Shown here piece by piece: positions 30,151 to 43,900 of a stretch of 64,000 nt of DNA. Below the pieces are notes generated by a model. It was not told the origin of the DNA. It made no database searches and was given only the letters and a program-made list of their open reading frames with translations. A program made the translations under genes and the position numbers. How positions within the stretch are numbered: the stretch's first letter is position 1; the number at the start of each line of letters is the position of its first letter. The stretch spans positions 1 through 64,000 of IMG/VR virus record IMGVR_UViG_3300012983_000036; one strand, 5' to 3'. This DNA is from a virus. Lineage: Duplodnaviria; Caudoviricetes.

Positions 30151-33100
30151 ATGCGATGCCAAGTATTAGACTGTGCTAAGAATGACCAGGGTTTCTGTAA
30201 AGATAGTTCCTATGTAGAGATTACCGCAGACGGTAAGTGTGATAGTATGTGTATAGATAACCGCGGTAAGTGGGAACTCTGGGATGGCTGGATTGGTAAC
30301 CATGATAAACGTATAGAAGATGCTACTTGTTCTAAGTGTGGTTACAAGCATCCTACTGTTAGACGTACTTATGGTAGTAAAGAAACACCGCAGGATGTTA
30401 TAAATAAGTTACCTAATTTCTGTCCTAACTGCGGGATTGAATTGCGTAAGCCAGTGATACACTACTCATTTTATTAGGAGATTACTTACATATGAAAAAG
30501 CCAGTAGAATATTTTGATACAGACTTCTTAAAGAACAAGATAGAAATAGGGGATAAGGTTATCCTTGAAGAACCGAAGTATAGAAACTTTGTAATTGGTA
30601 CTGTGGTTACTAAAGCCCCTAAATCCTGTCAGATAGAGTATAAAGATTTTCTAGGAGCTACACAGATAGCTCGTCAGTACTATGGTCAGATAATTAAGTA
30701 TCCTTTATTTAAAGAAGGAAAGTGGATACCGGCAGAGTATGAACAAACCGGTTCTCATGTATTAGGTACTACTATGATAATAAGAAATACACCAACTAAA
30801 TTCCGATGCTCTTTGTGTGGACGAGTCGAAGACCGAGAGGAACCCTATTGTCATTGCGGTGCCAGAATGGATGGTGACTTATAATGTTAATAAGTAAAGA
30901 AAAGTTTATTAACTATCTAAATAGTTTTAAAGAAGCTAAGGAAGAACAGGATCGTTTTCAAGAAGCACTCAGACCTTTCTTTGATTTCCCGGCATGTAAG
31001 TATAGAGATAACCTGATGACTACTTACGAAGAAATCTTAGTAGATGTAAGTGAATGTCATGAGGAAGACGGTATCTTCGGCTGGTGGTTATATGAGAGTG
31101 GACCAGATGATAAGATTATTACGGTAATAGAAAAAGACGGAAGTACCTCTAAGTATGATGTATCCACCCCGGAAGGTTTGTATGAATACTTAGTTACTTA
31201 TTATGGTAAAGCAGAGGAGGATAACTAATGTACTTTATAACTACATTTACTCAATATACTATAGATAGTCGAGGATTTCCGGATATGGGAACCTTACGTA
31301 CAGTTGGATATTACTCCAGTAGAGAACAAGCTTTTAATGTTGTTTTAAATAATCAGTGTGACCTTTGGGAAACTATATACACTTACGCAGTAGTAGAATA
31401 TATAGAACCAGGTCTTTATCCTATCGCTGTTGATCGCTGGTTCTTTAAGTGGAATATAAATACTATGCAGTATGAACCAATCGGAAGATTAGCAGATAAC
31501 TTCGGAAACTATGCTTTCGGATAAGGAGGGTTATAATGAAAATACTTAAAGAGAAACATGTTGAACGAACTGGTAACGAATGTATGATATATAGTTCTGC
31601 AGTATTACTTGAGTTTACTGATACTAACTATCTTGTTATATCCACCGAACAATATTGTGGGGGTTGGACTAATAACGAGATAAACACCAGTACTTGGTCT
31701 TGTAAGAATATAGAAGAAGCTTATTCTAAATATGACCAGGTAGCAAAGAATATATAACGAGGTGACATCTATTATGCTCGAAACAAATAGAATACTAGAA
31801 CTGCTTGAACGTTATGATTCTCTTGCTACTAGAAGTATTAAATGTCTAGATGCGAAGCACTGGCAGATTTCTTTAAATGAACTTAGAGAAGAGAAAGAAA
31901 AGCTTAAACAGGAACTATTAGATTGGAGTGACGTTAATGAACTATAGCAAATTTAATGGTAAACGAATAGAAGATGTAGCAACACTCTTAAATGACATTA
32001 GTTACTATAATAATAACTACTATAAAGATGATGAGGGTAATATCATTTATGCGTGGTCTGATGACGTTGACTATACTGAATATACTAGGGTAGTTATTTC
32101 ACCCGAGGGTAAGAGAGCGTACTCTGTGACCTTTGCTGAAAGCTATACTTCTAATGATGATATTATAGAAGTGTTTAGTGAGTATCTAAACTGAGAATAA
32201 AATTTAATAGAACTTTGTTAAATTTAAACTCTATTGGTTGTATAATAACAGTAGAGTTTATTTTTATATTTATCGGAGATGATGAATATGCTAACCAAAG
32301 ACAGCATTAAAAATCTTAAACAACGCAAATTTATTGCAATGGCTAAGTTATTTATAAGTCGAGGAGTAAGATTATGAAAACTAATTTTGATCATGAGAAC
32401 AACTATGAGACCTGCACTTGCAGTGTTTGCGGATATACTTATACTCATTACTATGATTATGAAAAACAGGTAGATAATGAAGAGAAGCCTTTTGTCAAAT
32501 TCGAAGGCCCTTTGCTACATGTAGTAAGTGGATGCTGGGAGTCAGATAGGATAGAAAAAATTAACCAGTATGCTTGTCCTGTTTGTGGAGTGCTTCAGAT
32601 AGATACAGGTGCGCTTTAAGTTAGGAGTTGTGAAGTATGGCATATAGTCATGGATGTAATGGTTTTTATATAGCTAATAATCAGTGTATGTATAATGGAA
32701 AGAAGATTCCTAATCCGCCGAGGTTTAACAAGAATAGACTTAATCTAACAACTATTAATGATAAGCTTTATTTAAATGGATATGAGTACTTTCCTAAGAA
32801 GCATAAATGGAAAATAACTATTAAGTCTATTTGGCATTTTATATTTTAATATAGTGAATTATCAATGAGGTATAAAATATGAGTACTAATGAAAAAGCTT
32901 ATGACTATTATATAGTAGATGAACTTGGTGGTGTGCACACAGACGGTATAGGTTTTGCTCCGGATGGAACTTTCTGTGGCGAGTGCACTAAGGCTAGTTG
33001 TAAGGACTGTCCGAGTAGAAAGGATTAAACATGGAAGAGTATATTAAACTTGAAGACTTAAATAAATTACTTTTAGAAATGTTTAATGAACCTGGATACA

Positions 33101-34323
33101 TGCACTCAGGAGAAACTTTCTACGCAGGTGTCTGTGCTGTTAATGATGCTGTAAAAGACTTACCTGTTATTTGTTTAGGTTTAGATTTAGCTAAGGAAGT
33201 GTCAAAATGAATAATGACGTACTTAAAGAACTTGCCGATGATTTAAGATATGTGCAGTGTAATTCAAATGACTTTGATACGTACGAAATGCAGGCTTGGT
33301 GGTTATCTGAAGAGGGTGGCTGGTATAAACCTAAAGTTGCTACTTGGAAATCCAGAAAAGACCGTAATGACTTTACTTGGGTCGAATGTTCTAATTGTGG
33401 TTTTCTTATAGAAAATTATAAAGCATTAGAAATAGGTAATGGTTCTAATGGTGAGCTAGGTAAGGTAGTAGGATACAGGTGGCATGCTTGTCCTAAGTGC
33501 ACTGCTAAAATGATATTTAATAAGGAAGGAATTGTTTAAGTATGAAACCTTTAGAAGTTAAGATAACTAATAATATTACAAGACCAGAAACGCTTACTTG
33601 GTGTAGACGGCATTATGTGTATCCAGATGAAAGATATATTACTTGTAAGTCTTTTGGAGAAGCTGATGGTACTAATGGTGGTTGTTGGTGGTGTATGGAG
33701 ATGACACCATATCAATGGCATATGTGTCAAGACGAAACCTACCTTAACGGCCTTTTGGCCCCAACAGCTAGAATCAAATGTAAGAATAGACTTGAAGCAA
33801 TTCAGTTTATAGAAGATCGTAAACAGAAGCATCCTATGGGTAATGAGCGAAAAGCTTTACTCAGCAATTTAGATGATTAAAGGAGGATACTATGTTAGTA
33901 GAATTTCGTAAAGGTTTCTTACTTGAAGGTGAGAGCACTTATACACATAAGAAGTTTCCTTGGAGTAAACCAGTATCAGAGAGACGCAATATTTATTTAT
34001 TCTCCAGTGCTTCAGGTTTTTGTGACGAGTCTGAGGTTGATCAGGAGATAGCTAGACTTACTGCAAAAGCACTTAAAGAGCATAGTGGCTGGGGTGAAGA
34101 TTTCTCTGGCTGGCAGAGAGTCGTTCCTTATGATGAATCTGTAGAGATTGCAAAAGCTAAGGGGTGGGATGTTAGTCATTTACCCACAGGTAGAATATTT
34201 ATAGAATATGTGCATACCTGGAAGATGAATAAAATTCTAGAGCGTCTTACCGGAGAACAGTTCGCTCAGTTCTGTAAAGACCATAATATCTCTGTTAAGG
34301 ATGGTGATTTGAATAATGATTAA
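30151..34323 (+). other. Array of small hypothetical ORFs, several with C-terminal G-x-W...CxxC...CPxCGAxM Zn ribbons
   Basis: Tightly packed RBS-led ORFs (30151, 30492, 30884, 31228, 31536, 31762, 31928, 32374, 32637, 33207, 33542, 33892, plus <60 aa ORFs near 32879 and 33032). Confidence 0.65.
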
Positions 34324-35470
34324 GACATTATTAGTAGGTGGTACTTTTGACCGTGAAGGTGGTAGACCTTCTGGGCTGATTAACAGCATGTTAGATGAGA
34401 TTGTTAAAGATACTAGATTTGATGTTACAGCATTTAATGGTGGCGAGGTAGCTAATCTTCATCAGGTTATTTGGCCTTCTGTAGTAGACTATGATGTAGT
34501 ATTCTGGTTTGCGAATGTGTCTAATGATGAAGTAAAAGTTCGTGATGTTAAGTCACTTAATCCTAAATGTATTCTTATTACTTCTAAGCGTAATGATAAT
34601 GAAAAGTATACATTTGCTGAACTGATTAGTAGGGCCCTTGCTATTAAAGCTAATCTCACTATTGAATTTTCTAAGAAAGAAAATAAGTTTAATATGATGG
34701 TGTTTGATCCACTCGGCAATGTATTCTACGACGGATTAGAAGTAACGAGCATGGTAAATAATATGATGAATCGTATTGATAAACTTACTAAGTTTACTAG
34801 AGTATCTTCTTTCCCAGATACTGATACAGAAGCTCCTGTAGTACCAGAGGAAACAGAGTTTTTCAATTTTGCTCATAGCTGTGCAGACATCTTTCATAAT
34901 CTTATCAGACCAGCAAGAGGCACTGAAAGGTTCTTAGGTAATATGAGTTTCAGATGCCAGAATGGTTTTCCCTCATTCAGAGGTCAGAATGGTATTATTT
35001 ATGTTAGTAGAAGAAATGTAGATAAGTCAGACATTGGTGCAGCAAGTTTTGTTCCCACTTATTTAGATAAAGAATCCAGAACTAGATACTTCGGTGAAGC
35101 AAAACCTTCTGTAGACACTCCAGTACAGCTTAGACTTTATAGATTATTCCCTTGGGCTAACTACATGATTCATGCACATTGTTATGTAGATACTACAGGT
35201 ATCAATGATGCGATAATGATGCGTACTAAAAATCCTGTACCGTGTGGTGCTCTTGAAGAAGTAGAAGAAATTTATAAGCTTCTTCCTAAGCTTATCACTG
35301 ACGCACCTGGTACTGTAACCATGTTTAATAAGAACAATCCAAGACTTCTTGCTATTAACCTAGCAGGACATGGCTGTATTCTTATTGCTAAGGATATTGA
35401 GATCCTCAAAGAACTACAGAATCATAAAGACAACTGTTTTGTACCGAGACCTACTCCAGAGGTTGTTTAA
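34316..35470 (+). CDS. Two-domain protein with C-terminal class II aldolase/adducin-like metal-binding domain
   Basis: GNMSFR, YVSRR.VDK, KPSVDT..Q..LY, IHAH, GHG motifs. Confidence 0.6.
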   Translation: MIKTLLVGGTFDREGGRPSGLINSMLDEIVKDTRFDVTAFNGGEVANLHQVIWPSVVDYDVVFWFANVSNDEVKVRDVKSLNPKCILITSKRNDNEKYTFAELISRALAIKANLTIEFSKKENKFNMMVFDPLGNVFYDGLEVTSMVNNMMNRIDKLTKFTRVSSFPDTDTEAPVVPEETEFFNFAHSCADIFHNLIRPARGTERFLGNMSFRCQNGFPSFRGQNGIIYVSRRNVDKSDIGAASFVPTYLDKESRTRYFGEAKPSVDTPVQLRLYRLFPWANYMIHAHCYVDTTGINDAIMMRTKNPVPCGALEEVEEIYKLLPKLITDAPGTVTMFNKNNPRLLAINLAGHGCILIAKDIEILKELQNHKDNCFVPRPTPEVV

Positions 35471-35496
35471 ATTAAATAGCAAGAAAGGTTTAAATT

Positions 35497-35874
35497 ATGG
35501 AAAGATTAACTAAAACTATTATAACTATCAAGGATGATATTGATATTCAGAGAGCTCTTGATAAGCTTGCCACATATGAAGATGCTGAAGAAAATGGACG
35601 ACTTCTTTTTATTCCAAATAATATTTGGTATATAGCAGCTGATGGTACAGTACACATAGGCGAAGTGGTTTCTATTATTAGTAAACACTTGTTGGTTGAA
35701 GAAGGGCCAGATTATCAGTTTACTTGTAAATTTAAAATAGCTAATGGCTTTGAGGTTGATGGTATTTTGGGTAAAGATGTATTTACAACCAAAGAAGCTG
35801 CAGAAAAAAAGGTGACTGATGATTTATTTGTATATGAATTTGAAACTAATGAGGAAGTAGACGTAATAGAATAA
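35497..35874 (+). CDS. Hypothetical phage protein (ERLT..KLATYED; GKDVFTTKEAAE family)
   Basis: Shares C-terminal motif with 40987, 41363, 42085, 46687. Confidence 0.7.
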   Translation: MERLTKTIITIKDDIDIQRALDKLATYEDAEENGRLLFIPNNIWYIAADGTVHIGEVVSIISKHLLVEEGPDYQFTCKFKIANGFEVDGILGKDVFTTKEAAEKKVTDDLFVYEFETNEEVDVIE

Positions 35875-35976
35875 TGATTGAATTTAATAGGAAGACTTTA
35901 AATAAATTATAGAAAATAACTCTACTGATGCTGTATTATAGATCAGTAGAGTTTATTATTTTTGGAGGCTAGTTTT

Positions 35977-37140
35977 ATGTATAATACTGAAATCGGAAAA
36001 TTTTGTGCGGAACATGATAACTGGGAAGAGCTTCTTCAAGTAGAACCTTACTGTCTTAAGATTAAAAAAGACGGAGACTATATAATCTTTAATTATGACC
36101 AGATAGAGTCTGACTTTAATTTAAAGATAGTACAGGAAGCCCGTGGTATTATATTCAGAACTGGTGTGTGGGAAAACCCTGTTTGTTGGGCTTTTAATAA
36201 GTTCGGAAACTATGGCGAATCTTATGTACCTGAAATAGATTGGAGTACTGCTTTTGTCACTGAAAAAATAGACGGTTCTTTAATTAAGGTGTGGTATGAT
36301 AACAAATGGCATATTTCTACCAATGGCACTATTGATGCTTATAAAGCAACTCTTGGAGACATTAAGTATGAAAGCTTTGGGGAATATTTCAAAGATACCG
36401 TATATGATTATTTTAATACTTTTACTGAATTTCTTCTTGATTTAAATCCTAATCTCACTTATATGTTTGAATTGGTTGGACCTTATAATAGAGTTGTTAT
36501 TCCTTATGATGAGCCTGCTATTTATTTTCTTGGAGCTAGAGATAAGTTTACTGGGGAAGAATTTTTCTGTACTGCCCCTGAAATGAAACGATGTAGTGTA
36601 TCTGAATTTTGTAGACCTAAAGTATTCCCACTTAGAACTTTGGAAGATTGTATCAATGCTGCTGAAAAGTTTAGCTGGACTGAGGAAGGTTTTGTAGTTG
36701 CTGATGCGTGGTTTAATAGAGTAAAGGTAAAGTCTCCTGCTTATGTTATGGCTCATTATGCGCGTAATAATAACGTAATTAATAGAAAGCATCTTATTAG
36801 AGTTATTATTACAAATGAGGTAGAAGAATTTCTTTGCTATGCCTCAGAATATAAAGATGAATTATTTAATCTTAAAGCACAGATGAACTTGTTTATTAAT
36901 ATAGGTAATAAGCTCGCAGCCGCCTGTAGAAGTATAGCTGATAAGTTAGAACGTCCTGATTATGCAAGATTAGTAAAAGCACTGCCTGAAGTTTATCAGG
37001 GACTTATGTTCTGTAACTATGATAAACCTTTTACTATGCAGGACTTTACTCAGAAGTGGGATGAGTCTAAGTGGGATACTTATCTAACTAACTTTGAAAA
37101 GCTTGAACTTGATTCTATTGAAATTGAAAGTGAGGAATAA
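35977..37140 (+). CDS. T4 Rnl1-like RNA ligase
   Basis: EARGIIF, F.KFGNYGE, TEKIDGSLI (motif I), TYMFEL, EGFVV, RVKVKSPAY. Confidence 0.85.
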   Translation: MYNTEIGKFCAEHDNWEELLQVEPYCLKIKKDGDYIIFNYDQIESDFNLKIVQEARGIIFRTGVWENPVCWAFNKFGNYGESYVPEIDWSTAFVTEKIDGSLIKVWYDNKWHISTNGTIDAYKATLGDIKYESFGEYFKDTVYDYFNTFTEFLLDLNPNLTYMFELVGPYNRVVIPYDEPAIYFLGARDKFTGEEFFCTAPEMKRCSVSEFCRPKVFPLRTLEDCINAAEKFSWTEEGFVVADAWFNRVKVKSPAYVMAHYARNNNVINRKHLIRVIITNEVEEFLCYASEYKDELFNLKAQMNLFINIGNKLAAACRSIADKLERPDYARLVKALPEVYQGLMFCNYDKPFTMQDFTQKWDESKWDTYLTNFEKLELDSIEIESEE

Positions 37141-37141
37141 T

Positions 37142-37915
37142 ATGAATGGTTATATGGCTACTGAGTTAGCTTATAAAAACGGTTATAAAAAAGGTATAGA
37201 AGACAGTATGGCGAAAGAATATCGAGAAGCACCTTCTATGGAAAACATGGAGAAACAATTTATAGAAAGAGACAGTGTTGTTTCTGAACTAGATGAGTTA
37301 ATAAAAATCTATGTAGATGATGGTAGCGTACAGTGTCATATAGCAGCAGGAACTGTGATTGATATACGTGATAATATTATACTTGCTCGTAAGCCTGTAA
37401 GAGTTGTCGAGGTGCCAATAGAAGGTATGGGAGAAGTGTCTGATGGCTTCCATACTTTTAATGAACTCTATCATCACAGAGCAGTACTTTTTTCAGTAAT
37501 TTGTAATTCTATGCCAGATAAATCTTGGAAGAGTAAATTACATAGTACTGGTGATATGTTCCCTGGAATGTTTGTAGTCGGTATAAGTACACCAGAAGGC
37601 TATGCAACTTATCATTTTGATATTGAGCCTTACTGGGATTTGTTTAAAGTACAAGAACTTGCTATGGCACCTGAATGGGATGGTCATACCCCTGAAGATG
37701 CCATTAACCGAATTTCTAAATTGCAATTTAATTCAGCTGATAAAATAACAGGTAAATGGAAGCTTGTTCATAAAGGATTATTAGGAAGTGACTATGCCTG
37801 TAGTTTTTGTGGACATTCTGCTTCGGTGGGCAATAACTGTGGTCATTTTGATAACTTAACACCTTATTGTTCAAATTGTGGTTCTTTAATGAAAGGAGAG
37901 TCTGTAAATGATTAG
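37142..37915 (+). CDS. Composite protein: WDGH-motif domain plus C-terminal Zn ribbon
   Basis: SDGFHTFNELYHHR...TYH...APEWDGHT; then GKW..CSFCG..YCSNCGSLM. Confidence 0.65.
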   Translation: MNGYMATELAYKNGYKKGIEDSMAKEYREAPSMENMEKQFIERDSVVSELDELIKIYVDDGSVQCHIAAGTVIDIRDNIILARKPVRVVEVPIEGMGEVSDGFHTFNELYHHRAVLFSVICNSMPDKSWKSKLHSTGDMFPGMFVVGISTPEGYATYHFDIEPYWDLFKVQELAMAPEWDGHTPEDAINRISKLQFNSADKITGKWKLVHKGLLGSDYACSFCGHSASVGNNCGHFDNLTPYCSNCGSLMKGESVND

Positions 37916-40900
37916 TGTTGGTTGTATTGTAGCTATTATACTTGCTTGGAATTTTCTAGGTTTTGTTGCTTTAATGGTTATTCCTTATAGTAAAGATGCT
38001 AATGAAATATGTGAGATTTTCAACCCTAGTGAAATTTATGAAATGTTAGGTGTAAATAAATTTGGCTGTGCTATGGTAACAATATTTTTTAATCTACTTT
38101 GTCCTATATTTGCTATTGGCTATTGGTTTTACTGGTTATGTACAGTTGGGAGGACTCGGTAGTAATGAAAGAATTTGTTGATCGTCAACTTATACTTAAT
38201 CATAAACGCAGAATGAGTGGATTTGATTTCACTGAAGAATTTTGGGATGAAGCTGTTTTGTGTGAAGATATTAAAAATGTTCCTGCAGCAGATGTGCAAG
38301 AAGTAAAACATGGTGAGTGGGTTGTTTGCGGAGACGGTAAATATGTACCTTTTATGTGTACTGCTTGTGGTAAAACTACTTCTTGGTATCATAAACAGGT
38401 AGCAGACTTTTGTCCTAGATGCGGAGCTAAGATGATCAAGGAGGTAACCAATGGCTAAGTTAATAAGAGATTGGGACGATTTGGCTGATTTAGAGTCTGA
38501 GTATTATACTATCAGTGTTGATAGGTATGTAGGTTGTGGCTATATTATTCCTAAAGATGAGTTTTCAGATAGAAGACAACATTATTTAAGCACTCATACT
38601 TTTTATAATAGCAGCTGCAAAGGTTATGAGGACTTATTACAAATATGCGGCTTTGATGTAGTGCTTCAAAGTTGGGATTAATAAGGAAAAGAATCTGATA
38701 AATAAATATCAGATTCTTTTTATTTTGTAATTCCTATTAGAATTATACTGTATTATATTATATCAACGAAAGGTAGAATAATTATGGCAAAATTTGTAGA
38801 TTTAGATTTAATTATAAGTGAAATAGCTAAGGCTCAAGTGGAGTTAGAAACTGACGATGATACAAATTGGCGTATAAATAAACCTATTTATAAAGGTCTT
38901 TGCTGGGCACGAAATATTATAGAAAGCGCTCCAGTAGTTGAATCATCTCAAGTTTTTGACTGTGGCTATTGGGAGGAAGTTCAGGGTAAGGTGTATAGAT
39001 GTTCTAAATGTCATCATGCAGCAACAGTAGATATTAATGATAATTTTGTTAAAACTAAACGTTGTTTAAATTGTGGTGCGATTATGAAGGAGGACGGTTA
39101 AATGCGAATTGTAAATAACTTATTTGCTTTAGACGAAATACCTATTCTTTGGCAGTACCTATATATGGATGAAAATCATTATATTACTGTAGATAATGGT
39201 GTTGCAAAATTAGAAATACGTATGCGAGAGAATTTTTCGTTTCACGCCAAAAATCTTAACTTTCCAGACCTACCAGATTTAGAATATACTGATATGATGG
39301 TAATACCTAATATGCTTGGTATTATAGATCAGCTTAAGAATACTCCTCCTATTGAGTTTCCAGAAGCTTTTAAATCTAGGTGGGATGAAATACGTAATAT
39401 AACTTTATCTGTTATAGGTTTAAACAAAATGCGCCAGAAAGGAAGATAACATGGCTAGATATGTAAATATTGATAATCTTGAATATACTTCCTATATTCT
39501 TGATGGAGGTTTTTCAGAAACCACCTTTATTACAAAAGAGGATCTTGAAAAAGTGTGTGAAGTGTCGGTTAAACCAGTGACTTACGGTAGTTGGAGGTTA
39601 GAGACAGATGAGGAATGCCCAAATCCAATGTTTAAGTTAGTTATTTGCTCTAATTGTAAAGAGTCTTCGAATAGCACTTATAGATTTTGTCCTAACTGTG
39701 GTGCAGACATGAGCGGCCTTAAATCAGCAGAGATTAGAATGCCTAAAGAGCTTTTGGAGTCTTTAAAACATATTAAGCCTCAGCTAGAAACAAAAGTTTG
39801 TGGTAGGTGGATTAAAGCCTCTTGCTCAGAACATGATGGTGATGCTCATTGTTCAGAATGCGGGCATTGGGACTGGTCAGATTGTAATTATTGCTCTAAG
39901 TGTGGTGCTAAAATGTGTATAAGTTATGAAGGTGATTAAAAATGGATACTTGTGGTCAGTGTAAGCATTTTTTAGGTGGCGGTGATTGGAATTTATGTTG
40001 TGATATTTCACATCCTACACCTAAAGAAAAGGAACAGGGCCGTATTTTTGTATTAGGTCATTTATGTTATGCTTGTACAGAAGCTTGCGATGCTTTTGAA
40101 AGGAATGATAAAAATGAATGAGAAGCAGTTTACAGAAACTTATTGCTCTAATTGTGGTACGCAAAGATGCGAGGGAGTAGGATCTCCTTGGTTTGAGGGT
40201 TGTAGATATAGGTGGAATCTTGATGGTATTGATGCTGCAGCTGAGATAGAAAGACTTACTAAACAGGTTATGAATTTAGCCACTCAGCTCGCTTGTTCAA
40301 AAGTACCGACTGCTCATTGGACAGGTAAATTGCCTGCAGATAATGCACATGCAGAAGGTTTTGCACCTTGGTTTACTGAAATAGATAAACAGGCTTATAT
40401 TGAAAGCCAAAATCATATTACACACTGCTCTAACTGTCTAGCTGGATATGATGATCGTTTACTGGCGGGTATTAATTACTGCTATGCTTGTGGTGCGAAA
40501 ATAGAAGCTGAAAAATGAAAAATAAACTGAGGAGTATTTAAAAATGCCAACTTTAATAACAGGATTAATGTATGAAGAGCACGGAGACTGCTCTGAACTT
40601 AAAAGACAAATTCATATTGAAAAACAAGGTTATAAATATATAGCAAAAGCTTTTGAAAACTATGATTTTGTACCTATTAATAAGGGTAGATTTTTTTATA
40701 AGCATTTATTAAAAGATATTGAAGCTTATAAAAAATCGCGTAGTTCTTTCTATGCAGGTTATAAAGCTGACATTATAAAGACGGTCCATATACCTTTTGA
40801 GGATTAAAATATGGATTATAATAAGTGTTGTGATAATTGTCGTTGGTGTCTGAATGCTGGCACACCTGTTGTAGAGCCTTGTTCTTTTTGGGATGAATGT

Positions 40901-43900
40901 CTATCTCACAGTCTGGCTCACTTTGAGCCTACTACTTGGTGTATTTTAAAAACTAGATTGAAGAATTTTTTAAAAGGACTGATAAAATGATTACTTGTAA
41001 GGATTGTCTTTGTTATGAAGCTTGTGGTTATCATATAACAGAGGAGACAGATATGACAGTAGAAGAATGTTCTACAGGATTCAAACATAAAGATCAGTAT
41101 ACTCAGTTACCTGTTTATATAGGTCAGCCTATTTGGCGAGTTATTACTTACTATGGTGGTAAAGTTGAGCTTGTTGAAGGCAAAGTTTCGATGATACAGC
41201 AAAAAGCAGATAGGTCTTGGAAGTTTCGTATGTCTAGAAAAGGTTCTGTTGGTGACTATACTTTAAAAGATATTGGTACTAGAGTTTTTTTAGATAAACT
41301 CCAGGCTGATAAGATTTATGAGGAAACAATACGTGAGGTTGAAGCTTTAAAATCGGAGGTTAATGATGACTGGTTTGATTAAAGAAGAAAGTAAAAGTAA
41401 ATTAATTGAACTTATTTATTCTGCTTATGCCGAGTGTGATTCTCTTATGACTCCTTATATTACCTATCGTGGGGCTGAGGTGATGGCAGAGCATATTTTA
41501 AATAAAAATATTACTTTTGTGCCCTTTAAACCGGGTGATATGCTGTATTATATAGATAGAGAAACAGGTAAGCTTGAAACTGATATTATAAAATATATTA
41601 CTATTACTAAAGAGGGCATAAAACCGATTTTAGTTGATCATAATATTAGGTTTTGGGAAGTCTATACTTTCGGAGTAAATGTGTTCTTATCTAAGATTAA
41701 AGCTGAAAAAGTTTTAAATAAAATGTGAGGTATTAAAAATGACTTTTAAAGAAGAACTTAGTCATAGAGCGAATACTTATTTATCTATGCAGGATATTCA
41801 AAAGCATATGGAATATATTAAAGAACAGCTAAATATTTTTTATAACAAAAGAATATATTATATATCTTTAATTAAACCACATTGTTCAATGGCTATTGGG
41901 AGCACTACTCACAATCATACAACTTTATTTATTCCGGGTAATGTTATACCTGAGATTTATTATCAAAGTTTTATTTCTGAATTTGAAAAACTTGGATTTA
42001 GTACAACTGATTTAGACCTAAAAATTTCTAAACAAGACAATTTTGATAGTTATGAGATTATATTAAAATGGTAAACACAGAAAGGTGATTTATATGACTG
42101 AGCACGAAAAAACGCAACTTTTAGAGACTTTAAATAATTTTCCTGTCTGGCATTCTACACTTAAAGAGACCTGGATGCCTCAAGCTATTGAAAAGCTCGC
42201 TGATTATCTTTTTGAAGAAGGTATGATAGTACCCCCTTGTAAAGTTGGTTCTACGGTATATAGAATACTTGAAAAGGGTCCTAATAACTGGATACTTGGT
42301 GAAGGTGTTATAGTAGAAATTAGACAGCGTATTGGTCAAGCTCTTGAAATTATTGAACAACGTGTTTCACCAGAAGGTCATTGTGAATATTATCCTATAC
42401 CTTTTTATACTTTTGGAAAATCTACTTTTTGCGACAGAAAGCTAGCAGAAGAGGCTATAAAAAAGCTTACTAACGCATCAGGTAAGATTCTATGCCGCGA
42501 GTGTGGGTCTGAGATGTATTTAGATGATAAAGATATTAATTTTAAAGGTAATTATGATAATTACTGGAATTGTAAGAAATGTCAAACCTCTTGTATAGAA
42601 CAAGTAAGATTTTCTCAGCGTTGGAAAGAAATTTGGCATTCAGAAAATAATGATGAAGTAAAGGACTATGAGTTTAAATATAATATTGTAACTAATAAAT
42701 AAACTAGCTTAGATTCTTTGTTTACATTTGCTGAGTGTAAATCAGTTAGTAAAAGAAACGTGTCTTAAAACAAGTTTTAGAGCTCAATAAAGCTATTTAA
42801 AAATTTAAATAAAAATTAATTAATGTGTTAAATATCAATTCTGTTAGTTGTATTATATACTAACAGAATTTTTTATTTTAAAAAGGAGACTTATTATGGG
42901 AATGGATTTTAAATATGCAGGTAGCGCTAGCTATCCAAGATTTGATAGAGAGCTTTGTTCTATTGCAGAAGCTTTAGGTGGTATTAAAACTGAACATTTA
43001 AAAGAACGTGAAAGTACTGAAAATGAGCGTTTTCTTGGTTATTGGTTCGGCTTCTTAAGTTCAGATGATCCTTCTAAGACTAAGTTTGTATTTCCTAAAG
43101 GGACTAATGAAACTTTAGTAAAATGGTTTAATAATATTTATGATTTTTTTACACCTGCTGAAGTTAAAATTATTTGGTCTTTAATTTCAAAGCATCCGGA
43201 AGTAAAAGATCTTTCTAGACAGATTTGGAGTGAATTAGAAGCCTGTAGTCAGTATAATTCTGCTTGGGATCTTAATTAAGAAAGGATTTTAAATAATGAA
43301 ACAAAATCAAATAGCAAATGTTAAAATTAATTTAAATATTTCAAAACACAGCCTTGAAGGTTTGATTGTATTGTTTGACTCCAAGAGTAATTATATGATT
43401 CACCATAACAAAGAAAGAGCACTAGATATGGTTGACTGTATTATTGATCTTATGACTGAAGTTAAAAGAGCTATTGAGCTTGATGATGGTAAAGGAGATT
43501 AAAGGAGGAGAAATCTATATGTCTAAAAGTATAAATTCTATATCTAAGGACACTTTAACTATTTTGTGTGTAAAAACAGATAAGGGATGTTTTATTTCAG
43601 ATTGTACCGCTACTAGTGGATATGATTATAATTATCACAAGCCTAAGATTGAAAAAATGTTTTTTGACGGTAAGACACCTTCAGCAACCTTTTATCCAAA
43701 CTGGTTCTTTATCGAGCAGTACCCAACTATTGTGCAAAAAGAAGTTCCTGGTGGTATGCTAAATAAACGTTATGAGTTAGTTGATAAGTCATTAGAATCT
43801 GATAAAATGCCTAGTATTATCCCTTATGATGAAAATGATAAGTATAACGCTGCTGTCATTGAAAGCTTGTATAGATTTGCTTATGAGGAAGCACCTCCTC

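Noticed and set aside
4801-33000. Apparent patches richer in CTAG/CTA (about 5-14 kb and 28-32 kb)
   Set aside because: Visual impression only; needs k-mer counts before any claim
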